Assembly (NCBI GenBank): GCA_044892525.1
Contig: CM097885.1
Span: forward strand, 233,740,001 to 233,804,000
From: Schmidtea polychroa
Taxonomy: Eukaryota
Length of the DNA stretch: 64,000 nucleotides
Reading direction: 5' to 3'
Each line of letters opens with the position of its first letter. The first letter of the stretch is position 1. The notes beneath the pieces were generated by a model that worked only from the letters and a program-made list of their open reading frames with translations, made no database searches and was not told the DNA's origin. A program made the translations under genes and the position numbers. Positions 1 through 15,077 of this stretch are shown in pieces.

Positions 1-2991
1 TAAAAAAATATATTTTTCTAATGCACCGTGGAAAATGTATCTTCAAAGTTGATATTGATTATTAATCTCCAATATTTTTAAAAAGTATAGACGTAGAACA
101 TTTTACAGTAAATTTCTTTTCATTTAGCCATATTGACCTGCAACTGTCAAGGACTTTGGAACTTATGATTTAGTAAATAAACTCGAAAAAATGTAAATGT
201 GATTTTGGGAAAACTAAAATAAACAAACTGTGACTGACATCGGCAGTTTTTAGTAGTGTTTATTACTATAAATATAAAATGCAAATATAAAAACTTATAA
301 TAAGAAACCTTTGACAAAAATATTTTTTTTATTTCACAATATGTAATTTTAGCTGTAAATGTAATAGTAATATTTAGGTGAATTACCTGAATGTTAAATG
401 TTTAAAAATAGAAATTCCTAAGTGTTTTTCATGGCTAAATATAATTAATATTTTTAATGTTAAACTAATGGAAATCTTTTAACTTTCTTAAATTTCACTT
501 TCGTTTGAAATCAACTCAAAAAATTGGATTATATCAGAGCTTTTACTGATGAATATCTAAACTTGTGACAGAAAATTTGTCTGTCAATGATTTCCAATTT
601 GTTATCAATGACAATTATATCTCATTTCTAAATAATCTTGAAAATTGAATTTATTACATTCTGTTTAATAGTCAGAAACTGTCCTCGTCGTTTTCCAATG
701 ATTTAGCATAATAATTTGAACTTGTTCTGAATTTTTATAATGAGTTGTTCGGTAAATTTGAGTAGCGCAGTTTCATTATTTTTTGAATATCAAAGAAAAT
801 AAAAGTTGAAATTTAATAAGATAAATAATTAGAATAAATAGATTTATCGATAGCTCATTTATTTTATTTATTTAACATTAATTATAAAGAAAAAAGAAAA
901 AAAAGAAATAAAGAATTACAAATCCATTTTTTTGATTATAAAACATAATAACTAAAGTTAGAAGGAAACAAACAAATAAACTGCAAATTTGTAATATTGT
1001 CATTAAAAAATATTTGACCAAATTTTATCCAGGTGTTTGTTTAAATGTGATTTTTAACAATAATACTATAAGGTTGATAGATATAAATATTATTCAAAAA
1101 TAGCAGTGTTTACTCGTTACAAATAAAAAATGTATATTATTATTTGTGATTGTATTGAAATGGTATATATTCAATTAATTATTTCATATGTACCGTACAT
1201 TATAGGCATTATATAAAAATAATACAGTTTCGTTAAATGAAAAATATACACATCCATATTCTTGAATTATGTTTAGACAAACACATTTTTTTTATTTTCT
1301 GTACAAACAATATTTGAATAATAATTTTTAATTTTCAAATTAATTTACAAGAATTCATTTTAAAATATATTTCATATTCACTCGACTTTGGATGTATAGA
1401 GCTTCTTAATCTTTTTTTTATTCTGGCAATTTATAATATGAGTTTAGGTTATTACTTTAAATATTTGAAAACAATAATTTGGAAAATTTATAGATAAACA
1501 AATAATAAAATGTATAAAAGAAATGTAGAGATGCAATTATTATCAGATGGTATATGTAAAATACAAAGAGAATATTTCCTAAATCAACGTTTGTAATTTA
1601 TTCACTATTTTGTGAAGTAATAATTTATTGTTGATATTTTATTATTATTATTACTATGAATTCTTTTATTGTTGTTATAAGATTAAGTAATTTAAACAAT
1701 TAAATGATAATTTAAGCCTTTTGCTGCATATATTTAATTAAATGGAAAAGTTTTTGACAATACGGTAGTCCTTCACNNNNNNNNNNNNNNNNNNNNNNNN
1801 NNNNNNNNNNNNNNNNNNNNNNNNNNNNNNNNNNNNNNNNNNNNNNNNNNNNNNNNNNNNNNNNNNNNNNNNNNNNNNNNNNNNNNNNNNNNNNNNNNNN
1901 NNNNNNNNNNNNNNNNNNNNNNNNNNNNNNNNNNNNNNNNNNNNNNNNNNNCATCATCATAAAATGAAAACAAATCCTATTTTTAGTAATTCTTAATTTG
2001 TTAGTTTGTTCTAAATTACATTGAAAATTTTGACATTTATAGGTAATTCATTCAACAATACATTCAAAAACTCCTTTTAATTATATATTTTTATTAACTT
2101 TAATGATTATTATTTTCATAATAACTTTAATTTTTATTATTGTTATTAAAGTTAGCAAGTTACATATATGTACTTAGTAAGACTTAATGTCATTGTTTCT
2201 AATAAAAGGTTTTTCTTATTTTAATTATTATCAATTAACAGTGAAAATTAGATTAATTATTGTCCATTAATATTTAACGAAATAATTGCTAGGAAAGGTT
2301 TTACTTATTAACTTAAAATCATATTTGTCAAATTTAAACTACGAATTGTTTCACATTTTAGAATTATTTTTTACATGTAAATTTCAAGAATTTTTGAAGT
2401 AATAATGTGATTCCCAAGCTTTAATATCAATTCATAATAATATGATTTTTAGTAAATTTAAAATATTTCATAGCGAAAATTGTAAAAAAAAGTAATATCT
2501 ATTTAAAACTAAAAATATGATTAAAATTACAATATAAAATTACAACGTAAAAGCCAACATATTTTCTTATTAATATAATATGGCTTTTTATCTGAACAAT
2601 CTTAATTGAATGATATTCTCCAATGGGAATTGATGCAGAAATTTATATTAAAAAGGTTTTGAAGACAATAATTAAACAAAATAACAAAATAGTGTGTAAC
2701 TCGAGGAATAAAATCAATTAAATCAAAAATAGACTTCTGGCCATTAATTATTTATTTATTAAAATTTTAAGAAAATTGATTTATGTATTATTGTAATGGC
2801 AATAGTAATGTTTCATATCCCAGCAAATGATCAGTAATACATTTAATATTATAAATGAAAAGAAAAAAACATTTTTCTTCTTGTAATTTTTGTTTTAATT
2901 ACATTTCTTTATTCAAAATTTAAGTAATAAATAATATACTTTGTCATTAAAAAGATTTAATACGTATTTCCTAATTTATTTGTTCAACTGC

Positions 2992-3030
<39 letters not shown>

Positions 3031-5099
3031 GGGGGGGGAGGGGGTTATTCGTTTCCCATAGATAAATTTAAAATAAGTAAATTACAGGAAAGTGTGTCGA
3101 TTCAAGAGCCCTTTTAAAACAATATTTAAGAAGTATGAGAAATTCAAAATTAAAGTTTTTGTCACCAAAACAATAAATTCAGTTACATTAATTTGAATTT
3201 AGTATATTTGGCATTTATATTTACTTTTATTCTATAAAAATATACTTTTCTTTAATTAATAAAAATGCGTAAATATGAAAGACGAAAAATTAATAAACAG
3301 TTTAACCTAATTTGTAAATTGCATAAATAAAAAAAGATCTCTATTAAAATAAAATTATAATCTTAATTAAAAATATTATTAAAAAAAATAATAATAAAGA
3401 AGTGTGGGCTTATTAAAACAAAAAATAATTATCTGAAATTAATATTTGACATAAACCTTTTATAGAGATGTTTTAGAAATATTGGCAATAATTTTGAGGA
3501 AAGATTTTAATTTGTATATTAAAGGAATTAAAATTAAAGAATTTATTATTTTTAAAAAGGGAATAAATGAAAATAAAATATTTTCAGAAAGTAAATATTA
3601 TTATTGAACTAAATTGTAATTTAATTTTAAGTTGATTAATTAAATTTGTACGTAGTCAACTAGATTACACAAAACTTGCACCAATGGAATTAAATTTCTA
3701 ATTAGAATTAAATTTTTGATTTATTATTTCTCAATGGAAAATTTAATAAAAATCTGATTTTATTAAAATTAACCTAATGATTATTAAATGTTTTTGAAGT
3801 TTAATTATTTTCTTAATTATGAAAATACTTTACATGACAAATATTAATCAGAATAAGAAGTAAGCACTGAAAATTATCAAACAATATGCTAATAAAAAAT
3901 GAAAAAGATCAAATAGACTAAAACCCAATAGTAAAGCTTTGTAATGACAAATTTGTGGAAGGAACATGAATCTGAATCAAGACTGATTAAATATCTTACC
4001 GAATTCGAACATTTCAAAGCAATGGATAAAATATGGGTAGAAAAACGTGATTGAAAATAATATGAAGTATGCAGTCCTATTAATTGGGAAATTCTAAATT
4101 CAAAAAACTAGTTCAAAATTTGTCAGACAGTGATTTTTACCGCAAATTATGTTTTGTAATATATTTCATCGTTTTAAACTTGACTAAACTTCATTTGATA
4201 AAGTCTAAAAAACAACTTAGAAAAATGTTATAATGCAGAAAGGTTCTATGAAAACAAAAGTAAATATATTTTCAGAAAGTATTTATTGAGATAACAAAAT
4301 ATAAATGATTTCCTTTAAAAATAATGAAAAAAAGAAGTGATTGAAACAAAACCTTAGTAAACAGGCCATTAAAGCAATGAAATATTAATGAAATGGTGAG
4401 AAAATGTTTTGTAAAATTATAAATTATAATTATTTATACATTTGAATTTATTTCTTATAGTATATTATTTATATATCGATATATTTACTGATTCATAGTC
4501 AAATTTTTAAGAAATACAATGAAAAAGAAATGAAAAAGAAAACCACAAAATCATTTTTCACGATGATAAGGATACGTATAAGTTATATATTATATGGAAT
4601 TATTATTACAAAAATAATTTAAACATATTGGCTGTAGACGAATTGTCGTGACACCTAACTAATCACATGTAATTTTGAAATGTAAATTAATAATAGTTTA
4701 AAAAGAAATACTTGTCCAAATTAAGCAAATTTAGTAGAAATCGATAGAGTAAAGTCAATTTTTCAATAACATTAAATGAAACAACACGTTACCTATTAAA
4801 ATTAAAATATATAATCAGATTGTAATTATATGTTATTATTAAACATTCTAATAGAAAATAAATAAAGTTTATTAAAATTAGTTTAAAAATTCTTTTTTTT
4901 GAAGATCAAATATTACTACATTGTTCATGGCAAAATATTTGCACAGAATGGATTATTTTCATTTCACAAAGCTGTAAATATATGAGATTTGCCATGCAAT
5001 TTGGTTTCCTTGATCTCCTATAAAAATTAAGTTTTTTATTTCAACAATATTTGCATTATTAATCTTGAATGTACTAAAATATATCAGCAATTCTTATCA

Positions 5100-5626
5100 C
5101 TAGGATTCCAATAGCCATTATTAGAAATTGTCATAGTCAGAGCTAGATATGCAACAATCAAAATTTCCATTATCTATTCTGTACGTAACATTAACTAGAA
5201 CCTTGAGGCCTTAATGATTTATTTACTGTCCAGCTAATATATAAAAAGAAACAAACAAAGATGAATAACAATATAAACAACGTATATATAGAGATTCTCC
5301 ATAATCCCTAAATTTAAACATAAAACCCTCTAACTGTAAAGATTTTAATTTCTTAAAATGAATATGTAAATTGGTTTTATGTAGACACGTTTGCTAATAG
5401 AAATGAATGTCAAATGTCCAACAATTTGTTTAAATTCCCTTTTGTTTGAATCAACATGCTATCATTTATAAAAACATTCTAAAACTTACAATTGGAAATG
5501 GGCTAACGCCAGTGGTAGGATCTAGAAAGTGCAAAAAAGGATTTTCTTGGGAAACGTGTTTTTAAATGTAAATGTGTTAAATACCATAAACATAAATATA
5601 CATATAGAACCAACCAATGGTTAGGA
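5100..5626 (-). CDS. Candidate multi-pass membrane-protein exons
   Basis: Phase-compatible chain 5626-5585, 5521-5490, 5458-5387, 5307-5282 gives LTIGWFYMYIYVYDPTTGVSPFPIHVDSNKREFKQIVGHLTFISISKRGLWRISIY. Continuing to IMEILIVAYLALTM needs a 7-nt microexon. Confidence 0.3.
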
Positions 5627-6742
5627 CTAATGTAGATAAATTCGATATTCAAAAGTAAACATTCAGTCCAACTAAATGGTCATTAATTAATGTTCATTAT
5701 GAAAATATAATATTTTTAAATTTTTATGCTAACATAGTACAACAAAATATAAAAAATATAGATTCGTTATTATAGGTGGAAGATATATTTTTCAATAAAT
5801 TCAAGTTTAAAATTAAAATGTTGTTTGTTCAAACCAATCAGTAAATTTAATTTTAGAATGAAAATTGTTTTTATTCCGAGTAGTGCTTTAAACTCCATGC
5901 AGAAGAAATCAAAATTAATGAGAAATATTTAGATACAAATATCATGTAATATAGAGTAAAGAAAATTGTCGGAAGCTTTTATAAAAGTATTTTACAATAA
6001 AAACACAAAAAAATATTTGTTTTCAAATTTATAATAAATTAAATCTATATAAAAGTTAAAAATACAAATTTATCGGATCATCCTGTTTTTTATTTTAAAT
6101 ACCATAATAAAACTGTCTAGGAGATAATTTTCAAATCTATTGTTTGTTAAATGATAACTTTATGTCTTAAAGAAATGGAAATCTTCTTTGTTTAATTAGA
6201 TTGACGTAATATTTAAATGTTGTAAATGAAGGTCAGATGAATCAAGAAAATGTAAATCAAATTTATTTAGAACAACAGGGAGGTTGATGATGTTTAAGCT
6301 TTAAACTGATGTTTGAAATATAGAGAATAAATTGAACAAATCTTCATGAAAACATGACTTTACAAAGATAATAAATTAAACATTATAATGAAAAATAAAA
6401 GATCTAATATACTACATACAAAAATGTGTTGTCTTCACTAGATCTGCGAAATATTTTGTAACTGTTATAAATCAATGTATTAATTATTATAAATTATTAT
6501 AAGAGTCACTAAAATTACTAACTCTGTCATAAATTTTTATCACTTAATTTACTTAGTTGGTTTCTTAATTTTATTTAATTTGCAATTAATTATAATGTTT
6601 ATGTAATATATTAAATATAAAATATGTGTAATTTTAATATATATGTAATTTCAAGAATACAATTAAAGAAAGTGCATTCTTATCAAAGAGACGAGTCCAG
6701 CATCGAAGAGGAGCAACCAGTAACCAGCGATAAGAAAAAACA

Positions 6743-6849
6743 ATGAGTAATCATCTTCAATCATCACCAAACCTTCGTCGACAAAACAACAGCAAACGAA
6801 TGAATCCAAAGCTAATAAAATTGAAGCCTTTTATTTTTTTATTTATCAA
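6743..6849 (+). CDS. Candidate first coding exon of an unidentified gene
   Basis: GC-richer island; MSNHLQSSPNLRRQNNSKRMNPKLIKLKPFIFLFI followed by the strong donor AA|GTAAGT. Confidence 0.25.
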
Positions 6850-9800
6850 GTAAGTAAAATAAAGACTAAAATATTAAAAATTAAGTGGACACTTATACTT
6901 CATTAATTTAAGAGATCAAAATATTGTAAAATATGTCATTTCATATATTTTATAATCAGCTATTCAAGAAGTTAATAAATCTTAAAATTAACTCAGATTT
7001 AAAAAATGAAATTAATTTTAAAAATATTATTTGAAAATTTAAATTAAAATAATAAAATTAATAATAATTATAGATTCATGCCTAAAATATATTTACATTC
7101 ATGAAAGTGAAAATTCTTTAAAATATAACAACAAAATATAATTGATATTGAATATTATTTATTATGATATTTGTTTTAATATTAATTACAAAATGTAAAT
7201 TATTATGTATTTTATTCATTTTTTAATTATTTTTGAATAATATCTTTTTAAATACCCAGAAAACTATTTAGGATTTTATTATGTCAGAGTCAATATATCA
7301 AATTATTATTTTAAAACAATCGATTTTATTTAAAAGATAAAATTAAAATAATTAAAAAAAATTGTCAGCATTAAAAGAATATATTTTCAAAATCGAATTT
7401 TGCAGTTTCGATTGCGAAAAAAATCCCATTTACATTATTGACATAGATTTTTATTTAATTTGTTTTTGGTAATTATTTCTCAAATTCTTTGGCATAACAC
7501 CAAATGAAAATTTCTGCTCAAATAAAATGAAGTAGAATTTTATTATGTTTTTATTATTGTCAATTATTTAAGTATAATGATATTTTTTCACTTGAGTTTC
7601 AATAGTGAAAATTACTCATTTGCATTTCAAACAACGAACTAACATTTTCTTGTTCGTTCCAATTTATTAATAGTAAATGATTATTATTAGTAATTATTAT
7701 TTTATCATTATTATTTTATTAATTGGTCTCTATATTATACTAAAATTAAATTAATTCTCTTTCAAAATATAAAATATAAATATTAATTTAATAAAAGAGT
7801 TTTAAACTTTTTCATTTTAAGACATATTGAACAAAATTCAAAAATTGACACAATATACCATGAACTTTATAGGAATAAAAAAAATAAAAATATTAATCAC
7901 TTTATTTATATATGTTTGTAGAAAGATTCACTTCATGAAAATGAATAATATCCTGAGTCACCCAGGAAAATGGAGTACGCCACTCACTTTCCCTTACTAC
8001 ATTTCATCAAAATCAAAACTGTTTAGAAATTTAATTTCTATTTGTTTTTTTATTAAAGATTTATGAATCTTAAAGATTTTATTTCTAAGTACAAAAATAT
8101 TTTGGAATCTTAAATGACAAAAATTAATCAAAATACCTCTGCAAGTTCAGAAATATTTTGGCTGTTATTGGATTAATTTGATGGAGAAAATTGCAAAATA
8201 TTTTTCAATAATAAAATATTGAAAATTAATGTTGAAATGATTTTATATGATTTTATTGTTTAGCCTAAAAACTTGTAGGACGTCGGCGGAAAACGAATAA
8301 CTTTGGAATAAAATTGGAATAATTGTATAAATGAAAAATTGAAAAAAATATATTTGTTTCAATGTTAAATTTTATTTGCAAAATTCAAAATCTTTTTTTA
8401 TGGATTCATATGTTAGAAATGAAGAATATTCAACTATTAAAATGTAAAGGTTTGATAGAAACAAATAAAATAAGAATTTCAATTTGTTTCAGGTAAGATT
8501 ATAAGGAGGAAAAGGCAAGTCATTTTATTTGTTCAAAAGGTGTCCGATTTCATTTTCATGCTGGCTTTATTCCTTTTATTAAATTTTCATAAACAATGTT
8601 TTCTAAGCACAAGAATATTTCGAAATAATAATTATAACTGTAAATGTCAACCCCTTTAAATCTTTTCCCATGTTGTTTTTTTAAATTTAATCTAAATTTT
8701 TATAATTCTAATTTCAAAATTCCGTAATAAATAATGAAAAAGTAAAAGTATCGTATAGAAATATTTAATTAAACTTTAGGTTGATTTACTTTTAGCATTT
8801 TTTGTATAATTTCTATTTTTATTGAACATTTTATTTATTTTCTTCTCTCTGTTTTTTACTAAAATATTATCTTTTTGGCCCAAAACTGGTTTCACCATTT
8901 TTACCACTACGAATTAAGCAAATTAATTAAAACTATTTTAATTTGCTAATAAACAGGACATAATAAACAGGTTTTCCCGCTATTTTATACGAATTCCGTG
9001 TAGAATTTTACAAATAATTTTATTACCCTTATTGTTAGGGTCCTTAAAGTACTACACGAATTTCAACACGAATTGTAACACCAATACAATAACAATTTCG
9101 AATATTGCAAATGACGGTGACATTCAGTACAATGAATAAAAGCATACCTTGTCAAGCTACTTTATGATTGAAAGAATGAAAAAATAATAATAAGAATTTC
9201 CAGTTAAACAATATGATTTATTCATCATTAAAGCGCATAGTTAATACATTTTAACAAGTGAAAATAAAGAAATCATTTAGAAATTATTATTGCAAAAATA
9301 ATTTATTAATATTAACTTATATTCTAAATATATTTTTTCCGTTATAACTTTATATTCCAAATTATTATTCATATATATTTATTTGATGTGCAAAATTCTT
9401 AAGTGAAATAGAATGTTGTATCATGTCTGCCACCAAATCCGTAGCCTCCATTACTACTTACTAAAAGTGAGTAACTGAAATATGTTTTATCCTAATATCG
9501 CGCAAAAGGATTTTAAAAAACTATTTTTTATAATATTGATTTTTTATAATTTGCGAAATATTTTATCAAATTTTGAAATATTCTTTGCGTGAATGGTAAT
9601 AATCTTAGAATTATATATTATATATTCATCGAAACTTACATTTAAGTGAAATTTTAGAATGAAAATTTATTTTAAAATCTTGTTAAATTTGGAATCAGTG
9701 TGTTTGGAAAGACTTAATTACATTGGTCAATCAGTATTGGATTATATATAAACTTAGAATTTATCAGCTGCAGAAATTTACAAAAATATCGTAACTAATT

Positions 9801-11477
9801 TAACTGTGGAATTAACGTTATTGTTAGTTACACGGACTTTTTATTTTAAGTAAAAATTACTAACTTGACAGGCTTTTAGAAGTATTGAAATACTCCTTTT
9901 ATGCAAGGAAATTGGATTCTGTCATTGGCAAGTTCAAAGACGAGAGTAAAGAAAGGAGAGGGTCTAATTTAGATTTAGTAGTTATAATCTTTTTGGGAAT
10001 AAGAACAATAAAAATGAAACAAAGGATAACATTGAAGAGTACTAATACAAAACAACGGATACAAATAATCGAATGCTTACAACTTGTTTACAGTAAAAAA
10101 TAATAAAAACCGCATTAACGATTGCCGACAAAAGAAAATGTATAATACTTAATAAATGTTTAGCATATGATTATTATAGGAGAAGTGCAAAGTTTTAAAG
10201 GTGAAAAGGTTAAATTATCAAAATCCAGAGTTAGATTCCAGTTGTTATCAAGATTTCTCAGACGATTATATTCTGATATAGACCTTTTTATGTTCAATAA
10301 ATTTTATTTTAATATAATTTGGTTGATTAAGGTTTCTAAAAATCTAAATGAACCATAATAAAAAAGTGACTTCATTCAAGGAAAGATTTTTACCCGAACC
10401 ATATTTAGATAAATTATTTCAAAACTTTTATCAAATTCATGTCAAAATAAAACGCTTTAAAATATCTGTGAAATCTGTATTTAAATAAAACACCTTTATA
10501 AAATTACTCCGTATGGTAACAGATATAAAATATATTAGCTACTTACGTTTAGTGAGTCATAAAGGGGATATGTATTTGGAGGCAGATAAGACAACATAAT
10601 ACTAAGTAAATTGGTAGTTGGATTATTTTTTACTGTTTCTTGGACGGAAAAAGAGCTTTTCCCGAAAGAGTTTGCTTTGTCAAACTTGAATAGATGTGAA
10701 AATGTAATAACAAAGACTTTTTTTATTAGAAAATTTAACTTTTTATAATTCTTACATATTCATGACATTTAATAGGCAAAGAATAACATGCAAAATTCAA
10801 TTCTTTTTCAATTCCCTTAATTTCATAAACTCAAAATGTCAAATGATAGACTTTAACATAAATGCAATGAATCTATAGGCCATTCGTAAATTAAAATTTT
10901 GTCGGCAATGTTAAAAGTATTACTTTCTTCAATAAACTGTGTCAATTAATTAATTACAACGATAGATAATAAATGAAATAAAAAATGACATATAAAGAGA
11001 CAAAAGACATCAAAATTTTAATCACAAACAATAACTCCAAGCAACTAAAACCATTTCATTACTAAGAAGTCAGCATCAATCACAACAAATCAAGATTTTA
11101 TTTATTCTTTCATTAGGAATGGCCGAAGAAATGCGAATTAAAATAAAATAATAATGTTATAAAATAAAAAAATACTAATATTAAAATTATAATATTATTA
11201 NNNNNNNNNNNNNNNNNNNNNNNNNNNNNNNNNNNNNNNNNNNNNNNNNNNNNNNNNNNNNNNNNNNNNNNNNNNNNNNNNNNNNNNNNNNNNNNNNNNN
11301 NNNNNNNNNNNNNNNNNNNNNNNNNNNNNNNAACAGCATTATTTAAATGTTAAACAAGTAAATAATAATATAAGCCTTGATAATATAAGTATATATTTAA
11401 TAAAATGAAATAAGTTTCGATTTTAACAATAAATGTATATTTCACAGCAAAAGGCCTATATTATCCTTTACTTGTTT

Positions 11478-11479
11478 AA

Positions 11480-11545
<66 letters not shown>

Positions 11546-11550
11546 TATTA
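11478..11550. repeat. (TTA)n microsatellite; another at ~47955-48028
   Basis: Direct inspection. Confidence 0.95.
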
Positions 11551-14500
11551 TAAATATAAATAAAATAACTAATAAAAGCTGATTTGTAGAAAACATTATA
11601 TAAGTCATTTTAACAACAATTATTTAGATATTAAAAGATTTTCTATAAAAATTACAAGTTTTAAAGTAAAATAATAATAACAAAAATTAAACGTAGCAAA
11701 GCAGATTTGTGAATGAATAACTAAAAATTAAAACATCCTTCATTAAATAATTAATTATACGTAGTAAAACTAAAATAAATTATTCAGGGATATCTCAATG
11801 AAACTGCAAAATCTAATCACTTCATACCGAACAACTGTACGATTCCCGATAGAGATATACACATTTTATTATGTCGGGAAAAAATTAAATCAAACTTTCT
11901 CTAGAGACTTGAAATTTTAAATTTTCCTAATATATAAATCATACTTGAGAAAAGAATATTAATAAAATTTTATTTAAAAGGTGAATTTTAATTTAGAAAA
12001 AAAAGAATTAATATGAAATATTGTAATTCGATATTAAAATTCTTTTATAAAAAGCAGTTTTTGNNNNNNNNNNNNNNNNNNNNNNNNNNNNNNNNNNNNN
12101 NNNNNNNNNNNNNNNNNNNNNNNNNNNNNNNNNNNNNNNNNNNNNNNNNNNNNNNNNNNNNNNNNNNNNNNNNNNNNNNNNNNNNNNNNNNNNNNNNNNN
12201 NNNNNNNNNNNNNNNNNNNNNNNNNNNNNNNNNNNNNNNNNNNNNNNNNNNNNNNNNNNNNNNNNNNNNNNNNNNNNNNNNNNNNNNNNNNNNNNNNNNN
12301 NNNNNNNNNNNNNNNNNNNNNNNNNNNNNNNNNNNNNNNNNNNNNNNNNNNNNNNNNNNNNNNNNNNNNNNNNNNNNNNNNNNNNNNNNNNNNNNNNNNN
12401 NNNNNAATAAGCCCATTTAAAATCACAAGTTAAAGTTGGAGTCTCAAATTTAAACATGTTAGAAAATAGATTTGGTTGAAAATCATAATATTTTTATTAA
12501 AAATATGGCAAAAATAAAAGACAAATTGATGAATATTGTTCGCAAAATGATCTGGAAATGTATAAAATAATTAAAGGTACCATAAATATTACATTCAAAA
12601 GAAAAGAGTGGGTACAATCTAACTTACTAAAGGGCCAATAATTAAATATTTATAAAAATTTATCCACGAGTTCTTAACATGACATAATTAATGAAACACG
12701 TTTTTATTCAACTTTATAAATAAGTGTTAAAATTGTGTATATTTTTGTCTATGTCGACATGTCACCAGAAATTGTTAATACTCACTATTTTTCGAATTAC
12801 TGTGGGGCTCCCTTCATGGATTTCTCGCAATATGTAATACCAGCGGATAATCTATATGTAAACAAAAAACCATGAAAACCAATACTTTATTTACTTAAAA
12901 ATAATGACCGAAGATTGTCAAGTTTGTTTTTCAAATTATTCCTCCTTTCTCTAAGTGGTTTTTATTTATTACGGCATCCAAAAAACCGTCACATTATTGA
13001 TATTTTTCTCACAATGAAAATTTGAAAAATTACATTCAGAAATTCATTTACAGTAATTTTTTCAGTTTCTATGAAAATCCTTCTTTTGATCTGGTAGGAC
13101 TTATGTAATTCATACTTTATAATAACACCTTATAATTTGCTCAATTATTTTATGTCAAATTATTATTTATTAATTATTTATTATTATTGTATTGATTTCT
13201 TCTTTTATTTTTGTTATATAAAGAGCTTATGGTGTTGTAAATAATTTATACATGGAGAGGTTTAAATACTTTTTGTCTTATAGATGTGCTCCAGCTAAAC
13301 GAATTTGAGTCAAATCAGAAATATTGAAAATATTAACACATTTATCTGTTGTGACAGTTTTATATTAATTAGATTATGTTTTCTTAATGGTAGTCACAGT
13401 ATATTGTTGATTCAAAGAATATTTTTCCAAAGAAGTTTCTTTACAATGCACTTTGCCAAACATAAATTTCCCTCGTGTTCATTGGTCTTTCATGAAACAT
13501 GTGCCTTTTCACAAATTTTAAAAACGACTGTTTTGGTTTTTAAATGAAAATAATCTTGATTAGAAAAAATTCTTTTTATCATTGTTTAATATAGGATAAT
13601 AATAGGATACCGTCTTTCCGCATATTTATTTAAATTTGGGATAAACCTTTGGTGTTATTCAATAAAAAGGATGCAATATAATGATACGATTTCCCAAAAT
13701 GTAACGATATCGTTAGTTGGATAAGATTTTGAATCATGTTATGATTGAAACTTTTTCCAAAATGTGTACGGTTCTTAGTTAAATAAAACAAAAATATAGT
13801 TACAAAAACTGATTATAAATTAATCGTCAACCTAGAAATTTTTTTTAAAGCAAATATGCATATATTAATCAAGATTCAACAGACAAGGTTAACAATAAAT
13901 CTGAAACTGAGACGTGTAGAAATTTGACTGAAATTGACTGTAATTATCGTACTAATTGCTTTTTAACAATATTATTTTTTAATGGTAAATTTCTCATAAT
14001 TTTTATTTCCTTATTATTGTCATATATATATAAGAAAAAAAGTTTTTTACATGTTAATGATGGGAGCCAAATTTAAAGACTTTATTTAAATAATTTCTTT
14101 TGAAATGTCGTATTTGTTAGTGAAATACTGGTGAATACTGGTGGCGAAAGCAATAATCGAAATCTTCTAAAGGTTTCATGTGTCTTTTCACGTTATCCTT
14201 AGTATTGCGTCTACCACATAAAAGTATATTTGGAAGTACTTTTCATCTATATTTTTTCATTTTAAATTTAAACATTAAAATCAGGTGATATTAAAATTGA
14301 TAATTTAGAAAATATATTAAGAAATGGAAAATGTCTTGAAAATTTTAAAAAATTACTTTCATATAAATATTTTACATTGAATATGACTAAAAATGTTAAA
14401 AATAAACATTTATTACATTTCCATAGAAATTCATGCTTGAAATATAAATAAAATAATAATAAATATTAATGAATAATCTGTGTATTTGAACATTTTAATT

Positions 14501-15077
14501 TAATTAATCTTTAGGCTACTCAAGATTAAGATTTGATATTATTAAAGTCGAATCATTTGCAGCAACCAAATAGATTTACAGAGGAAATTGTTGAAATTTT
14601 ACAGACAATTTTTGAGATTTTGCACGCAAACCTAATTTGAAATTAAAATCACGAAATCAGTGATATTTCTTCACTCACTAACAATTGGTAAAAGTTTTCA
14701 ATGTAATAAAGAAAAGAAGCGATTTCCAGATTTTGTTAAATATAAATTTAATTGAAACCAATTAATGTATCAAAAATCATTGGATACTTTTATTTAATTA
14801 AAATGATTAAAGAAATTTCCTTAATAACATTGATTAAATTCTCAATTCTGAATTGAATAAATAATTTAACTAATAATTTACAATTAATTTATGTATTTAA
14901 TTATATGAATCTTAAAAGAAGAAATAAAGACTGTTTAATAATACAAAGTCTGGTAAATTTTATGACATAAGAGTTCACGTAAGAGTTCTCTTTAGGATAG
15001 AAGACTATTGTGTAATAATGAACATGAAATATGAGACATGTTTCAGACATTCAATAACATACATATAAGAATCAAAC

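Noticed and set aside
1712-1776. EGLPYCQKLFH resembling a LIM-domain end
   Set aside because: The upstream sequence is masked and only a few residues match.
3870-4400. Possible Polinton-like coding remnant (KLCFVIY..KLHLIK..FPLK)
   Set aside because: Many stops and no diagnostic motif that I can support.
9865-10360. Plus-strand exon-like segments
   Set aside because: I could not build a stop-free, phase-consistent chain or recognise a family.
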